64,000 bases of DNA from Atractiella rhizophila (lineage: Eukaryota), in NCBI GenBank assembly GCA_021432655.1, contig MU271194.1:1-64000 (forward strand), written 5' to 3'. Within the stretch, counting starts at the first letter, position 1. Every line of letters starts with the position of its first letter. The position numbers and the translations under genes were made by a program. Positions 27,803 to 40,773 of the stretch are shown piece by piece. The notes below the pieces were generated by a model that saw only the letters and a list, made by a program, of their open reading frames with translations, was not told the DNA's origin and ran no database searches.

Positions 27803-29813
27803 TCAGTCGATACTCAATCGACTGGGATTATTTATGCTGCCACTGATGCTCCCAAGTGGTAAATGGGCCGCCCCCTTCATATCAGCCTCGTATGCCTTCT
27901 CGGCTTTACTTCGAGCATGGTGGGTGACTAAGCCACGAGTACCCCGTCAAATCTGAAAAGAATGTGAAAGGAGAAAGCACGCACGGTGGAATTTAAGCTC
28001 TTTCCCGAAGTTCATCAAACACATGTATGCAATCCATACTGTGATGAGCAGTAATATGAGAGACAGTGCAGCTATCAATCGGGTGTCAGGCAGATTTCGG
28101 TCGAAAGTGCTGAATACATACCAAAGACGGTTAAACTCTTGAAAACGAGCGCATAGTCCGTGTCGCGTTTATGATAAATGCGGAAGAGCTGCATCAAATA
28201 TCAAACACATCAAAATAATCCACAGAGACGGCAGAAAGGATCGGCATAGACGGACCTTGAAAGCAAAATAAGCTGCTCCGAGCGCACAACTGGCGATGAA
28301 TCCAATCATGAGTTTCTTGTTCTCCCTCCTCACCGCTATCGCACCAGCGAATAGCCCGATGAGGATGATGGGAATGGCAGCGATCGTGAGGTAACGTTCG
28401 AAATCTTTTAGGTTTTCGACGAGAAGAACGAGTTGGAGTGAGAAGGAGATAAAAAAGAAGTAATCTATGTCAACCGACAAACATCAATACCGCTGTGAAC
28501 GAGGAGGACAATGAAGGCGCGGGCTGAGGAGGAAAGCGCACCGAATTTGAGGAGGCAGATGAAAACTTGGTACCACATGTACATCTTCTTGAGCGTACGA
28601 TCAGCACCAATCTTCTTATAGATCTATCGCCCCACCACAAACATCATTCGCCGAGACACAATAAAAGAAGACAGGCGTTGCGCACCTGCCAACCGAATTC
28701 ACGGAAGATGAACCATGTCAAGGCAAGAAATGCAACCTCAGCAACGGCTATCATCCTGGAGTATCATTGCCATCCGAAATTCAGTCCTGATGCTGTCGGT
28801 GGATTCAATAGAAACATACACTGGAATCACGGTTACCAGTCCGGTCACGTCGTCTTCAGGGAAGAAATCTCGGATTTCGCCAACCTGTACGAACAACCAC
28901 GAGGTGTCAGTGTCTGGCTATTTAAAGGAAATTTCTGATAAAAGGAGTCACGGAGAGCAGTTTCAATCTCTGCTATTTGTCAACAACTCAATCCACTATG
29001 GTAGAGCCAGATGTATATCTCTGGTATAATGCATCGCCATTTCTTGGTCCTCCCTATTTCATGATGAAGACATAAAGAGGGAAGTGCACACACCTGAATG
29101 ACACTATACGCCAAGAAAGCAGCGTTGAAGGCACATAGTCCCATGATCTGAATCGTATTCTTATTCCTAATGCCTTCGATGGCAAGGAAGAGCTGAAAGA
29201 AATGGGCCAAAACAAAGATGCCTGTCCGAGCAACACAAACCGAATCAGAACGGGACGACATCACGACAGAGATAGAGGGAAAGTGAGAGAGGGAAGAGAC
29301 GCACCCAGATAAACAGGTAGAACCTGATCATTTTCATGAATCGTTTCTGCTCTCGCATTCGAAGGAGGAGCTCGGGGCAAGAGGTCCATTGACGGCGAAA
29401 GATTCCGCCGGTGTTTTTGGAAGGTGTTGAGATGCGACAGCACTCCGCCTCCCACCGCTCCTCCCACTGCACGAGCCACCCGTTTCCCACCTGCGACGTT
29501 GTTCGAAATCACAGGCAGCCAGCGCTTTCCCACCTCCGATGCTGATGATGATGCTATTGAGGAGGCGGAAGTGAGGAATTTGCTCCCACCATCCGCTGAT
29601 GAGACGGCGAAGACGTTCCGAAGCTCGAACTTGTTCAGAAGGATGGCTTCGATGGTGATGTCTACAATCGTTTCGATGATGGTTATGAGGACGAATAGAC
29701 GGGTGGAGAGTGTCGGGGGAATGAGCTGTCACAATTCAACGAGATAGTTCAACATTTGACTCTGACACATGAGAGGGGAGAGTGAGGGAACGCACTGCCT
29801 GTAAGCGGGCCAT
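27803..29813 (-). CDS. UPF0658-like multipass (Golgi) membrane protein
   Basis: LPVYLGIFVLAHFFQLFLAIEGIRNKNTIQIMGL, FREFGWQ.YKKIGAD, CLLKFDYFFF, AVRRENKKLM, NFGKELKF, and C-terminal RLSID*. Confidence 0.8.
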
Positions 29814-32210
29814 AGTGGATGTTGAAAGGGAGGAAGGTATGGCGGAAGCTGAAGGAAATAAATGGCTCAGGACACCACACCATCGCAAGCAGTAGAGAAG
29901 AGACTCACAACCCGTCAAACGAAACCGTAACAACAGAGATTACCACTATCTAGTCTTTCACCCAAATGTTCCAATATTTCAAAACCTCCCGAAGAATAGT
30001 GTGCTAGTGTTATCCTCTCCTTTTCAACCCCAGATTCTCGGCGCGATACAACTCTCCTGAAGCTGTGATTGCCGAGGCGTAGAAACTAGGTGGCCAGAAG
30101 GAGTGTGTTGGAATGAGAAGTCTGTGGGTAAGTGAGAGGCTGGACGTGTGAGTGCGTAGGGAGTGCTGGTCGAGATGCTGAGAGGATCGGCACACTTAGC
30201 CTTTAGGAAAGTGTGAAGTTGTCGATTGGCCGTATTTGCGCCGGTAGAAGCTGCGGGAACAAATATTGACAACTACCGCTTTTCAACACTCGGCAACGCG
30301 ACAACAACTCAATCGCTTTTACTTCTTTCACTTGACAACACGACTAGGGACAGTTAGCACCTCTGAGCGCGTGCTTGGATCTGTCCCCAATTCTCTCTTC
30401 GCTCACATGAATCGACGTCGATTCGATTCACATCTTCCAGCGGATCGTTATTGAAAAGTTGGTATTCGACGGACGATGTAGCTCCCGAGTTCGCGAGTCC
30501 TCTCAATCGATATTATGAGAATGAAATTTCAAGGTGTGATGGGGAGGCCGATGTCGAGATGGACGTCATTCATTTTGCGTTTGGGGCGCACACTTGGAAA
30601 TTGAAGGTGCCAGCGCTATTTCGTTTATGAACCAGACCAGCACAAGAGCTGCTATGACGTTCCCCGTTGCGATTCCCGTGGATCTCCAAGACCTGTGACG
30701 GCGTCACGAATGTCTTGCCCCTGTAAAAGCGGAAGAAGACTCATCTTTTAGATTCAAGTAGCTCAACAGTTGTTTTGATTGAGATGCCTGATGCCTGTGG
30801 CATAACAGCACACAATTAGAGTGCTTGCAAAGGACGTCAATGATAATCTCGTTGATGCGGAACCGCAAGATTCACAGACTGTGCAATGTCAGCTCGAATG
30901 GCCAAGTATTTCACTCGTTCGACAAAGTTGTTAAACTACCACTTCCTCGATTTTAGCCGGGACGTTGCGGTGTGCCACTCATTTTGGGCACAGAATTGCC
31001 CAAGGAAATAATTCCCAATTTGTTATACCTTTTTTCCCCATCATTGCAGCTGTCTTTTGCAGAAAATAGATCAGAAACTGCAGATCATATCAGACGAGAG
31101 ATATTAGACCATTGCAAAAGATGGCGGTGATAAATATGACGACAGGCCAGCTCACAAGGATCTGTCCAATGGCCGTCGTGATAACACCATCAAGGACAGT
31201 TTATATATCATGAATCTAAATGTGCCTACAGCATGTGAGGACAAGCTATGGAAGGCAGGCGCCGCGCCATGCAGCTCTGTTCTGAAAGCATAATACTGGC
31301 GACCTGTTGCATCGAGAAAATAACAACGTGTTATGACTTAGCGGACACTCTGTTTCCATTTTATGGGGAGGCATTTTGAGCATCTTCACAAGTTCTCCGT
31401 CTCTTCCTTGCACAGGGTGTGACGAAGATGCCAAACTCGTCCCATCGTGCAGCAAGTCGCATGGAAGTAAGACTCTTATTAGTACCTTGATCATGTTGGA
31501 GGAGGCAAACCTCGCGACGACGGTGAACTGTTATCCACTGCTGCTAACGGACTGTCCTTGTCTTAATATAGGTGCGATGTTGGTTGGGAAATAGCTGTTT
31601 TGGTGGATGTGGCTCTAGACATTCTGAGCAGAGCATTGAACTTTGTGATGAGGGATCACAACAACGTAGCCTCCACTGTTGTTGATCTTGAATATGCACG
31701 CATTCTCCAAACAGCATCATGAAATCCTCGTAAACCTTCCCACCTCGACTGCAGCCTTATCTCTTACGTTTACTACAACGATTGCGATCCTTTTCAACAG
31801 ACACAACAGAGACTCAAGAGTCCACATTGCAACGGCAGCAACGATGTACCTCTCGTATTTCGCACCTCCTCACCCGCAGTTCGGTGACGGACTTTTCCGG
31901 TGTCCTCCACTCCCCATGGCTCCCTGACACTACCTGAAAGCGATGAAGGGAGGAGCACGTTTCAAACACCGTCAACCGGTCAGGATCTACCTGCACTGGT
32001 GAGCAGGGGTGGGGGAGTTCAGGTGGATAAGCACACTCTCAATCGTGGCTTGTCGTTTTGACGCGTTTGGGGTAACTAGATGCCTCGAGGGAGATATTGC
32101 TACACCTTGGACTTACAGATCCGTTCGCACATAAAAAGGCGACTTTATCGAACGGTGTGATAACGCAGCTCCTTTTATCTTTTACAAGTGTTTTAGACGT
32201 TGTTGAACCC

Positions 32211-33397
32211 ATGTCTCGCTCTTTCATCCTCGCCGCCTTCTCCCTCATCCCCATTGCCCTTGCCCAGCAATACTGTTCCGGTCTAGGGACGAACCCCAAC
32301 GCGCAAGGAGCGACGGATTGCACGACCCCTGGAACTGGACCTAATGGCGCACAGGATTGGTTAAACCAAGGAATTGACGATGAGAGCGGATGGAACCCTC
32401 CGTACCTTGATCTCAACACCGTTATCCACATCAACCGACCAGAATTTTACGCTGGCATTGGGTGGAGGTGCGAGCAGGTTACTCTTATTTATTATTCCAA
32501 GAGGTATTCATGAAGCTTACGCGTCGTACAGTACAACCAATATTTCCAGGTGAGCATGCAACGTCCGTGTGAGTGTTGATGGCGGCTGCTCACACACAAG
32601 TTAGATTGGAGGCGACTCTCACGGTATCGATCCTACCATTCTGGCCATCATTGCAATGCAAGAGAGCTCCTGCAACGCGGATGCCGGAGGCCCTACTCCA
32701 GGTACTTATCATCAGTCAACCCTGGATGTTGTTCTTATGCTACATCCCTACTCCAGGATTGATGCAAGTTTCCTGCGACAACTACCCCAATGGTGTCTGG
32801 CAAGCTAGCTCTTCCACAACACGAGAATTGTTGTTGAAGGTGATTGTACAGCACAGATTCAATCCAGGACAATGTCAACGCTGGAGCCAACTATCTCAGA
32901 TCGCAACTCGATGCGTCTGGAGGTAATATTGTGAAAGCACTTGGGAGGTTCGTCCTTATTGTCCTGCGGACCTTAGACAGCGTGTTAACTGATGTTCATA
33001 GGTACAACGGATGGGTAAGGCGTATGCATTACGACGTTCCACCCTAGTTAAATATTGGGGAACTAGTTTACGAGCGAAGACAGCGACTACAACGGGGGAA
33101 GGGGACTTACAGCATCATACCCTTGTTCAGGGGAAGGGCAATCTCACGGACTGCCTCAGAACTTGAACTATGTGCACCAGGTCTGTTATTAATTCTGTTG
33201 GGTCAAAGATTGTGGGTGTGCTAAACATGGGATAGATTTTGAATGGATGGTTCGTTGGAGCTGATCCTTACGGTGATCAGAGCTGGATTGGCGAATACAA
33301 CTGCCAAGGTGAGGATAGTCTGCTGTGGTTTCCGGACCAAAAGCTAACACAGTTTGCGATGGTGAAAGGAACATGCTCCAATGGGAATCAATGCTAA
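32211..33397 (+). CDS. Secreted lysozyme-like / lytic transglycosylase (GH23, SLT domain) protein
   Basis: Signal peptide MSRSFILAAFSLIPIALA. SLT motifs IDPTILAIIAMQESSCN (catalytic Glu), GLMQV, NVNAGANYL, ALGRYNGW, PQNLNYVHQ.LNGW. Confidence 0.88.
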
Positions 33398-33675
33398 ATG
33401 GAAAGAAGTTTGTTCTGGAAAATGTAACCTATCGTTATAACAATCATTTCTGCAACTAAGCAAGGGTTAAAGGCTTGATTTTTATGGTACAGCGATTGAA
33501 TTACAGCGTGAGATGAATGAGATATGTACAGCTACACTGACAGGTTGAAGAGCAGGCAAAACACGAAATACAGATGTGATGTGTCAAAATGATGATCATA
33601 TCGTTCGTGAAAATTGAGGTTGTGGATTTTTCCACCATCCTATGAACCTTTTTTGCGTACCGCAACATGGTCAAA

Positions 33676-36356
33676 TCAAAGTTTCGCCCATCCTTTTACA
33701 TTCTCCTCTCCCTCTCTAGTCTCTTTCTCATCCCACCTCTTGAGGAATCCCTCAAAGTAAGTGTTCACTGCATCTCCCCAACCCTCTTCCAGCGCGACGA
33801 CAGCACCAACGTATCCATCCGGTCTGACGACGACCACAGCTCCAACCCTCTCATCGAATCCATACTTCCTATGAACCGTGCCCTCTTTCTCTCCTTCCAC
33901 TCTACGGTCACCGAAATCGTCGCCGTACACCTGATCGGCGAAGTATCGGAGAGGGAGAGGGAGGGAGGAGATCTCAAAGTCGTATCGAGGCGTAGAGAGG
34001 ATGGTGAGGAAGGTGAAGAAAGGGTTGATGTATTGACTCTCGTTCTGAGCCATCGTCACCACCTCGAGGCTCGACTTCGAACCCTTGAGGCCGTCAACGA
34101 TGGACGATTGCACGCCGTCCTTGCTTCGATACAAAGAGAGGAAAGAGTTCGGACTCCTCAGCCACTTCCCAACAGCGTCGACTTTCGAAGGATTCGAGCG
34201 GAGGAGATCGCCCAGGAAGAAATGTATCCGAAACGCTCCATTCATCTTCACCTCCTGCTGCAGCCTGACCTGATTGGCATCGATCGCTCTCGTCACTTTG
34301 GCCGGCAACAATCGTTCACCGGGCTTCAATGTGCATCCACTAGGATTGAATAGTCTGCCCAGCGTCGGTCCAGCGCGTCTCACAACCTCTCCACCGGGAA
34401 GAGCATTTAAAGAATTATCCTCGTACACTGCGCCACAACCAGAAGTGAAGAAGGCGTTCTGCTTGAACAGTTCGATGAACCGTTGCGCGTCCACCTTCGC
34501 CTTCCTCTCCGCATGCGACGCCGCCTTGCTCTCAGGCGCTGGAGCAGCCGTACCCGGAGAGACGGATGGATCGGTCGAGCTGGTGAGGTTGTCGCTGACG
34601 GGTGAACGGCCGGAGAAGAGGCGGGAATATTCTGCATCGAACTTGAGCAGTTGTTGGGCGACGTGCCGACGCTCGTGTTCGTACAGCTTGAGGAGGGAAC
34701 GAGAGGCAAGTCCTTTCTCGACACTATCCGACGGAACAGAGGTTGGTATTTTGGGAAGTGAGTCAGGAGGGAAAGATTTACAGGTTGATTTTCCAGCAGA
34801 GGTCGTACATGTCTAAAAAGCTGACATTCATTCCTTGCCCAGCCTACGAATCACGCAATGAATCAATGAGCCGCACTCAATCGCGGTTACAAGGAAAAAA
34901 ATAAGGAGGGAGAAACGGGGCGTACCTTTGGAGAATGGGTATGAGTCGCATCTCCGCCAACGAAGATCCTCTCATCGAGGGTATACCGACTAGCGATCCT
35001 CTGACCGATCTGATAGACGCTAAACCAGTCAATGTAGCCGAATTCGATCTTGTAGGGCGAAAAGATCTTCTTCGCTCTCTCCATGATCACTTCCTTGGTG
35101 GCCAAGTTCCTATCGTAATGTTTTCCGTCCTCAGATTGGAGTTGAACGTAGAAACGACAGAGGTTCGCTTCCCGAGGGATCGTCATGATGCTCCCCTCTT
35201 TCCTTGAATGAATCAAACTGTGTCCAAAAACAGTCAACAACTCATCCCATCGGCATACCGATACGTGGTGAAGGGAGAAGGGAGAAGGATATGGGAACCA
35301 GGCTCACTTCTTGCACTTCAAGTCAGGAAAGTCGCTAACAACCGCAGCATCCATGACACCCCAAACGATATCGGTCGCTTCGCCCTCCATCCTAATCTTT
35401 CCCTTCCACTCTCCATCTCCCTCTCCACCTCCAGCGATACACTTCCTCACGGTCGATTTCGCGCCGTCACAGCCCAAGACGTATTTCGAGCGAATGGCGT
35501 AGGTCGTGCCGGAAGGGACGTGTTTGATGTTTGAGAGACAGGGGTGGGTCGGATGGGAGTCCGTGGATGTGGATTGGATGGCGAAGGAGCGGAAGACGCC
35601 GCCTGGGGGTGTGGGGTAGGAGGAAGCGGGGGAGAGGCGCGCTCGTCTCTGTTTTTTATGATCTATTAAGACTAATTTTGCGCGAGGAGGAAAGGAAAGC
35701 CGTACACAGTCTATCTCCCTCATGAAAGCGCGCTCGATCCTTCCTTGATGCAATAAGAGCGTGTAATTGTCCTCCACGTCCACAAAATCAGGACAACTGG
35801 GTGCCCTGCTCGTTCTCGCCAGCTCCTCCTTCTCAGTCGGGTCCTGCATCCATCCCAACATACACATCAACATCAAAATTTCCTCAAGCACAAGGAGGAA
35901 AGTTAGCTAACCCAAAACGAGACCTCGTACACCCTAACTCCCTGCGAAATCAGCTCCTTAGCCAACCCGCCTCCCTTCAAAGGAGCTCTTCCACTGGCCA
36001 CTTCTCCAGGTTCGTCCTCCGGCGCGACGCTTCCAATGTTCCTCAGCACCTGCGACACCGACATTCATCAGAGTCTTTCTCTCGTATTATCGTACATAAA
36101 CGAATCTGGGGACATAATACCCACCTCAATCGTGCGTGGTTGGATACCGTCCGCTCGACCGCTTGAGGTCGGTTCGGGACGGTCGTCGATGTGCAGCACT
36201 GAGAAGTTGTAGGTGGTGAGACAGAGTGAGGCCATAAGTCCTGCTGGACCGGCACTGTAAAAGGGATCGGGTTAGCGATTGTGATGTTGGTATGAAGAAG
36301 AAAAAATAGTGGACGAACCCGACGACGAGGACGTCGACTTTGGATGGGGGTTGCAT
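33676..36356 (-). CDS. Phenol 2-monooxygenase (FAD-dependent phenol hydroxylase family)
   Basis: VDVLVVGAGPAGLM, GRADGIQPRT, LLHQGRIE, KYVLGCDGAKSTVR, WGVMDAAVVSDFPD, WFSVYQIGQRIA, FVGGDATHTHSPKAGQGMNVS, and a C-terminal thioredoxin-like VVVVRPDGYVG. Confidence 0.93.
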
Positions 36357-37227
36357 CTTGCTTTGCTTTCGAGCTCAGAGTATGGGTTATGAGTTATGAG
36401 GTACAATGATGGTTGTGTTGCTTTCTTCGTGCCACTTCAGCACTTTCGGATGGGGTCAATGGGAATGAAAATGTGTGGATAGAATATTCGCTCCTTTTAT
36501 CGTCTAACCAGTTGTCGTTTCGGCAAGTCGTTAGCAGCTCTCAAGAAAGAAAGTGTGCTCGATCGCGTCAACTCCAGTCAGGGTCGGATGTACGTCTCGC
36601 AGGCACGGAAGAAGGTGTTTGGTTCGTGGGAGAAGATGTTTTGAGCACGGGAGAAGATGGTGAGCGAGCGGTAAGACCTTTTGAGCTCACGGTGGACACA
36701 TCTCCCAGGCGGCATATCGTTCTCCCCCCCGCATCTTCACCTTTCCACACGCGCGGCGGGAGTGCGGAGTTCGGGATGCCGTTCGTCCTCACTTTGGCCG
36801 GGAGGGTTGGCTGCTTGCTGGACACATTGAATCGCGCGTCGATTGCATGGAGAAAGATGCTTGTGAGTGGTATGCCGATGGAAGTTGGTGCAATGTTGAT
36901 GGAGGAGGGAGGTGGGCACAGGGAAGGCACAAGGAAGAAGAAAGAATCTGGGGCAGGAACAAACTTACTCTCGTCCGTTACGGGATCCCGGAGTCCGGCA
37001 CTTGCATCATAATGTTTGATTGAAATACTCGAACGCTCGTTCGTCCCTCTCCTCGCTAGTCTCGCGCTGCCTTGCCTCCTGCCTTGCTCTGCCTGCCGCC
37101 CCGGAGGTTGTGCGGAGTCTCCTGCTCACTTTGCGTATATATCAGCGTATATATACTCACACGACAACCCCACAATCACCATCGCCATCCATCCACATAT
37201 CATTTGTAACTTGAAGAGTAAGAAACG
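36357..37227. promoter_or_regulatory. Bidirectional promoter of the phenol hydroxylase / CYP53 pair
   Basis: Divergent ATGs at 36356 and 37228. GTGCGGAGT at 36762 and 37110, palindrome CGGGATCCCG at 36981-36990, and TATATA at about 37148. Confidence 0.55.
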
Positions 37228-39819
37228 ATGCTACCACTGCCCCTCTATCCCCTCATCTTCGTAGCCCTCTACTGGATCCTCCCCTACCTCCTCGACAAGC
37301 ATTCTCTCCGTTCCATTCCCGGTCCCTTCTGGGCCAAGTTCTCAAGCAAGTCTTTCGCTTTCTCTCACTTGGAAATTCATGTTTATCGAAGTACAGATCT
37401 CTGGCTGGCTCGTTGGGCGAGGGTTGGGAAGAGGTATGAGGCAGTTGAGAAGGCACATAGGGAATATGGTGTGTCTTTGCTCTTTGCACTGCTTATTCTC
37501 AGCCTGTTCTCTCTGCCTTTCCAAATCCCACCTTTCGTGGAGAGGTATTGCTTGATTGAGAATACTCTTTTCCATATCAAGGATGGAAGTCTCACGAAGA
37601 GCCTCAGAGAAGCAAAATGAATGTCTCTCTCTAGAATTCTCAGTTTCAGAGAACACAACTCAACTCAATACAACGAGTCCATGAACTTTTGCCTCCTTTT
37701 TCTCTGACACCGATGACATTGATACTGATGCCTTACTCGTTGGAAAAGGAACCTACGTCCGCATAGCGCCCAACAACTGCTCGTTCGTCATCCCCTCCCT
37801 CTCTCTGCTCCTGTGAACAACTCAACTGACGTATGGACGTCCCAAACAGGATCGCAGACCCCGACGCCATCCCCATCGTCTACGGCCACGGGACGGGCAC
37901 GCTTAAGTCTGACTTCTACGACGCCTTCGTGTCCATCCAGCGCGGGCTCTTCAACACCAGGAGTAGGGACGACCATAGTAGGAAGAGGAAGATTGTCAGT
38001 GGCGTGTTTGCGCAGAGGAACGTATTGGAGTTTGAACCCTACATTCGTGATGTGCGTTCCCTATATTTCTCTTTCCTCTTCGGACTGCTGATGACTTTAT
38101 CTCGTTTGTGCGTTTGGTTTTCGATTTTCTTTCGCGAATAGGTCGTGCGACAGTTGTTGAACAAGTGGGATGGGTTGATTGCGAAAGAGGGAGAGGCAAA
38201 GAAGGGATGGGCAGAGTTCGACTGCTTGCCTTGGTACAACTATCTCGCTTTTGACAGTTCGTCATTTTCCCTTCTGCCTCTTGCTCTTCGCATGGCTCTG
38301 ACGACGGTTGGCGGATGAAACAGTCATTGGAGACTTGGCTTTCGGATCCGTACGCTTTCCCTCTTCACCTCAAGCTAACACTAACATTGAGCGTGCTGAA
38401 AGCTATTCGGGATGGTTGAAAGGGAAGCGGAGTGAGTGCTCTCTCCAGGAGCCCCAGGTAATCTATAAACTGAAGTATCTGCGAACAGTTACGCGCACAT
38501 CGAAAACGAAGATGGCTCCACGACCTCCCTCCCCGCCGTCAAGATCCTCAACGAGCGCGGCGAATTCTCCGCGACCCAAGGCGTCCTCCCACCCTTCATC
38601 CGGCCATACACCAAATACATCGATCCCTGGTTCAACCGCGGCCAGAAGTCGGTCTCCAACCTGGCCGGCATCGCTCGTTCTCGCGTCAACGAGAGGTTGG
38701 CGGAGGGAGGGGGGGATAGGAAGGACCTCCTGAGTTTGTTGCAGAACGCGAAGGATGGAGAGGGAAACCCGATGGCGAAGGGAGAGTTGACTGCTGAGGC
38801 GCTGACCCAACTTATTGCTGGTTCTGGTTCGTCTTGCCCTCCTCTGTCAATTATTGCGTTCGTTTGTGAGAAGAAATTGATGTTTGTGGTGGGTGGCGGG
38901 ATAGATACGACCTCGAATTCGAGCTGTGCTATCACCTATTATCTCGCTTCTAATCCAAGGGTGCAGGAGAAGCTGCAGAAGGAGCTGGATGAGGCGTTCA
39001 AGGGGAAGGGAGTGAGAGAAGTGGTGGAATATGAAGATTGCAAAGACCTTCCCTACCTCGGTTCGTCTTTCCTCTCCCCTTTCCTCATTCGCATTTGCTC
39101 ATTTCATACCATTTCATTGTATAGCTGCCTGCATCAACGAAGCCTTACGCCGGTAATCCCCTTCCTTCCTTCCTCTTTCTATCTTCGTGTTAACTAACAT
39201 GCAATGCAACAAAGCCACTCAACGAGTGCAATTGGCCTACCGCGCCTCATGACCGAAACAACGACATTCAAAGGCCACGTCTTCCCACCCGGCACCGTCC
39301 TGAGCGTCCCAAGCTACACCATCCACCACCTCGACTCGGTTTGGGGCGACCCGTGGAACTATAGGCCGGAGAGGTGGATCGAGAATGGGAAGGAACTCGA
39401 ACAGAGTTTCGTGCCGTTTGGATATGGACCTAGGAGCTGTGTACGTCTCTTCCCTCAGTTGTCAGATTAATGGGAAAACTGGAAATGCTGATGTCTGGCG
39501 CGGGATGCAGGTGGGAAGAAACCTTGCGACTCTGGAATTGACTGTTTTCATGGCTACCCTCTTTTACAGATATGAATGTCAGTCCGCTCCCTAATCTCTT
39601 CCCCTTCTCTACCCTTTTAAAACTCCTCTCTGACATTGCTTGTGGATGTGCTGGTGCAGTCAAATTGAAGGACCCAAACATGGGAGAATTGCAGACGTCT
39701 GAAGGCTTCTTGAGGAAGGTGAGCCTCTCCCCTTGCTTTCTGTGACACAGATGCTTACGTTGCACTCTGTACAGCCGTTGGAGTTGGAGATTGGAATTAG
39801 GAGGAGGAATGTTGAATGA
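37228..39819 (+). CDS. CYP53: Cytochrome P450, CYP53 family (benzoate 4-monooxygenase)
   Basis: IPGPFWAKFS, YVRIAPN, IADPDAIPIVYGHGTGTLKSDFYDAFVSIQRGLFNTRSRDDHSRKRKIVS, I-helix AEALTQLIAGSDTTSNS, EALR (ExxR), YRPERW, and heme motif FGYGPRSCVGRNLA. Confidence 0.92.
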
Positions 39820-40182
39820 AGTTGACGAGATGGACTGGAATGACAGTAACAATGCGTCTAGTTTGTGATGTCTCCTTTGTGCCGTTGTATATCTGCCGAA
39901 AATGTATCAATGCTAACGACGTCTTTCTTCAATATTGACCATGCGTGAAAGGGACTCAGCGCTGCTGATCCATACTCACTGCAACACCTTGATCCTCACT
40001 TAGTTTCGCTCTTAAACGGGTCATAAAATATAGTCGAAAGGCATGTGTATTCACTCGGAAGATACTAAAATCAAACAGACGGTAATACACTACTGAATCG
40101 CAAAGAGCCAGATAATATCATCAGAGAAAGAAAGAGGACATGGAGTCATGAAGCCATGGGTGAGAGTGCGGCGAAGATTGAC

Positions 40183-40773
40183 TTAGGCACCGAAGCCATA
40201 GAGCGTTCTTCCTTGCCTCTTCAACGCGTAAACGACGTCGAGGGACGTGACCGTCTTGCGTTTCGCGTGTTCGGTATAGGTGACGGAATCACGAATGACA
40301 TCTGCTCACCAAACCAAATCAACACCATAGCCCTATAAGTGATGGAAGAAGGAAGGACGCACTCTCCAAGAAGATCTTCAGAACCGACCTCGTCTCTTCG
40401 TAGATCAATCCAGAGATACGCTTCACACCTCCTCGACGGGCGAGACGGCGGATGGCGGGCTTGGTGATTCCTTTCCAACGTAGAGACGCGTCAGAACGCG
40501 ATAAACGCGACGAAGAAGGGAATGATAGGGAAGGGGGAAGTAGGTACCTTGGATGTTGTCGCGCAACTGTTTACATGACAACACGTCAATATTGGGAAAT
40601 GACAATGGGAAGGACACGTACAATCTTCCTGTGCCTCTTCGCTCCTCCTTTTCCTAGTCCTTTTCCTCCTTTTCCTGTTTGAAGACAAAGAAACCGTCAG
40701 CCGATATTATGATACGACAAACGACAAAACAAAGCGAAAGGGGATTAACGGGTTACCAACCTCTTCCAGACAT
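40183..40773 (-). CDS. HHF1: Histone H4 (5 exons)
   Basis: Spliced [103 protein letters not shown]. Confidence 0.97.

Noticed and set aside
29900..32100. Short ORFs in the 2.3-kb region between the UPF0658-like and GH23 genes
   Set aside because: No motifs or consistent exon chain. Compatible with divergent promoter/UTR sequence.
33667..34816. Long + strand ORFs (228 aa, 180 aa) and similar antisense ORFs at 21764-22282 and 51484-52107
   Set aside because: Antisense shadows of well-supported genes on the other strand.
36413..37012. 199-aa ORF between phenol hydroxylase and CYP53
   Set aside because: Non-ATG start, no recognisable domain, and it lies in a GC-rich bidirectional promoter.
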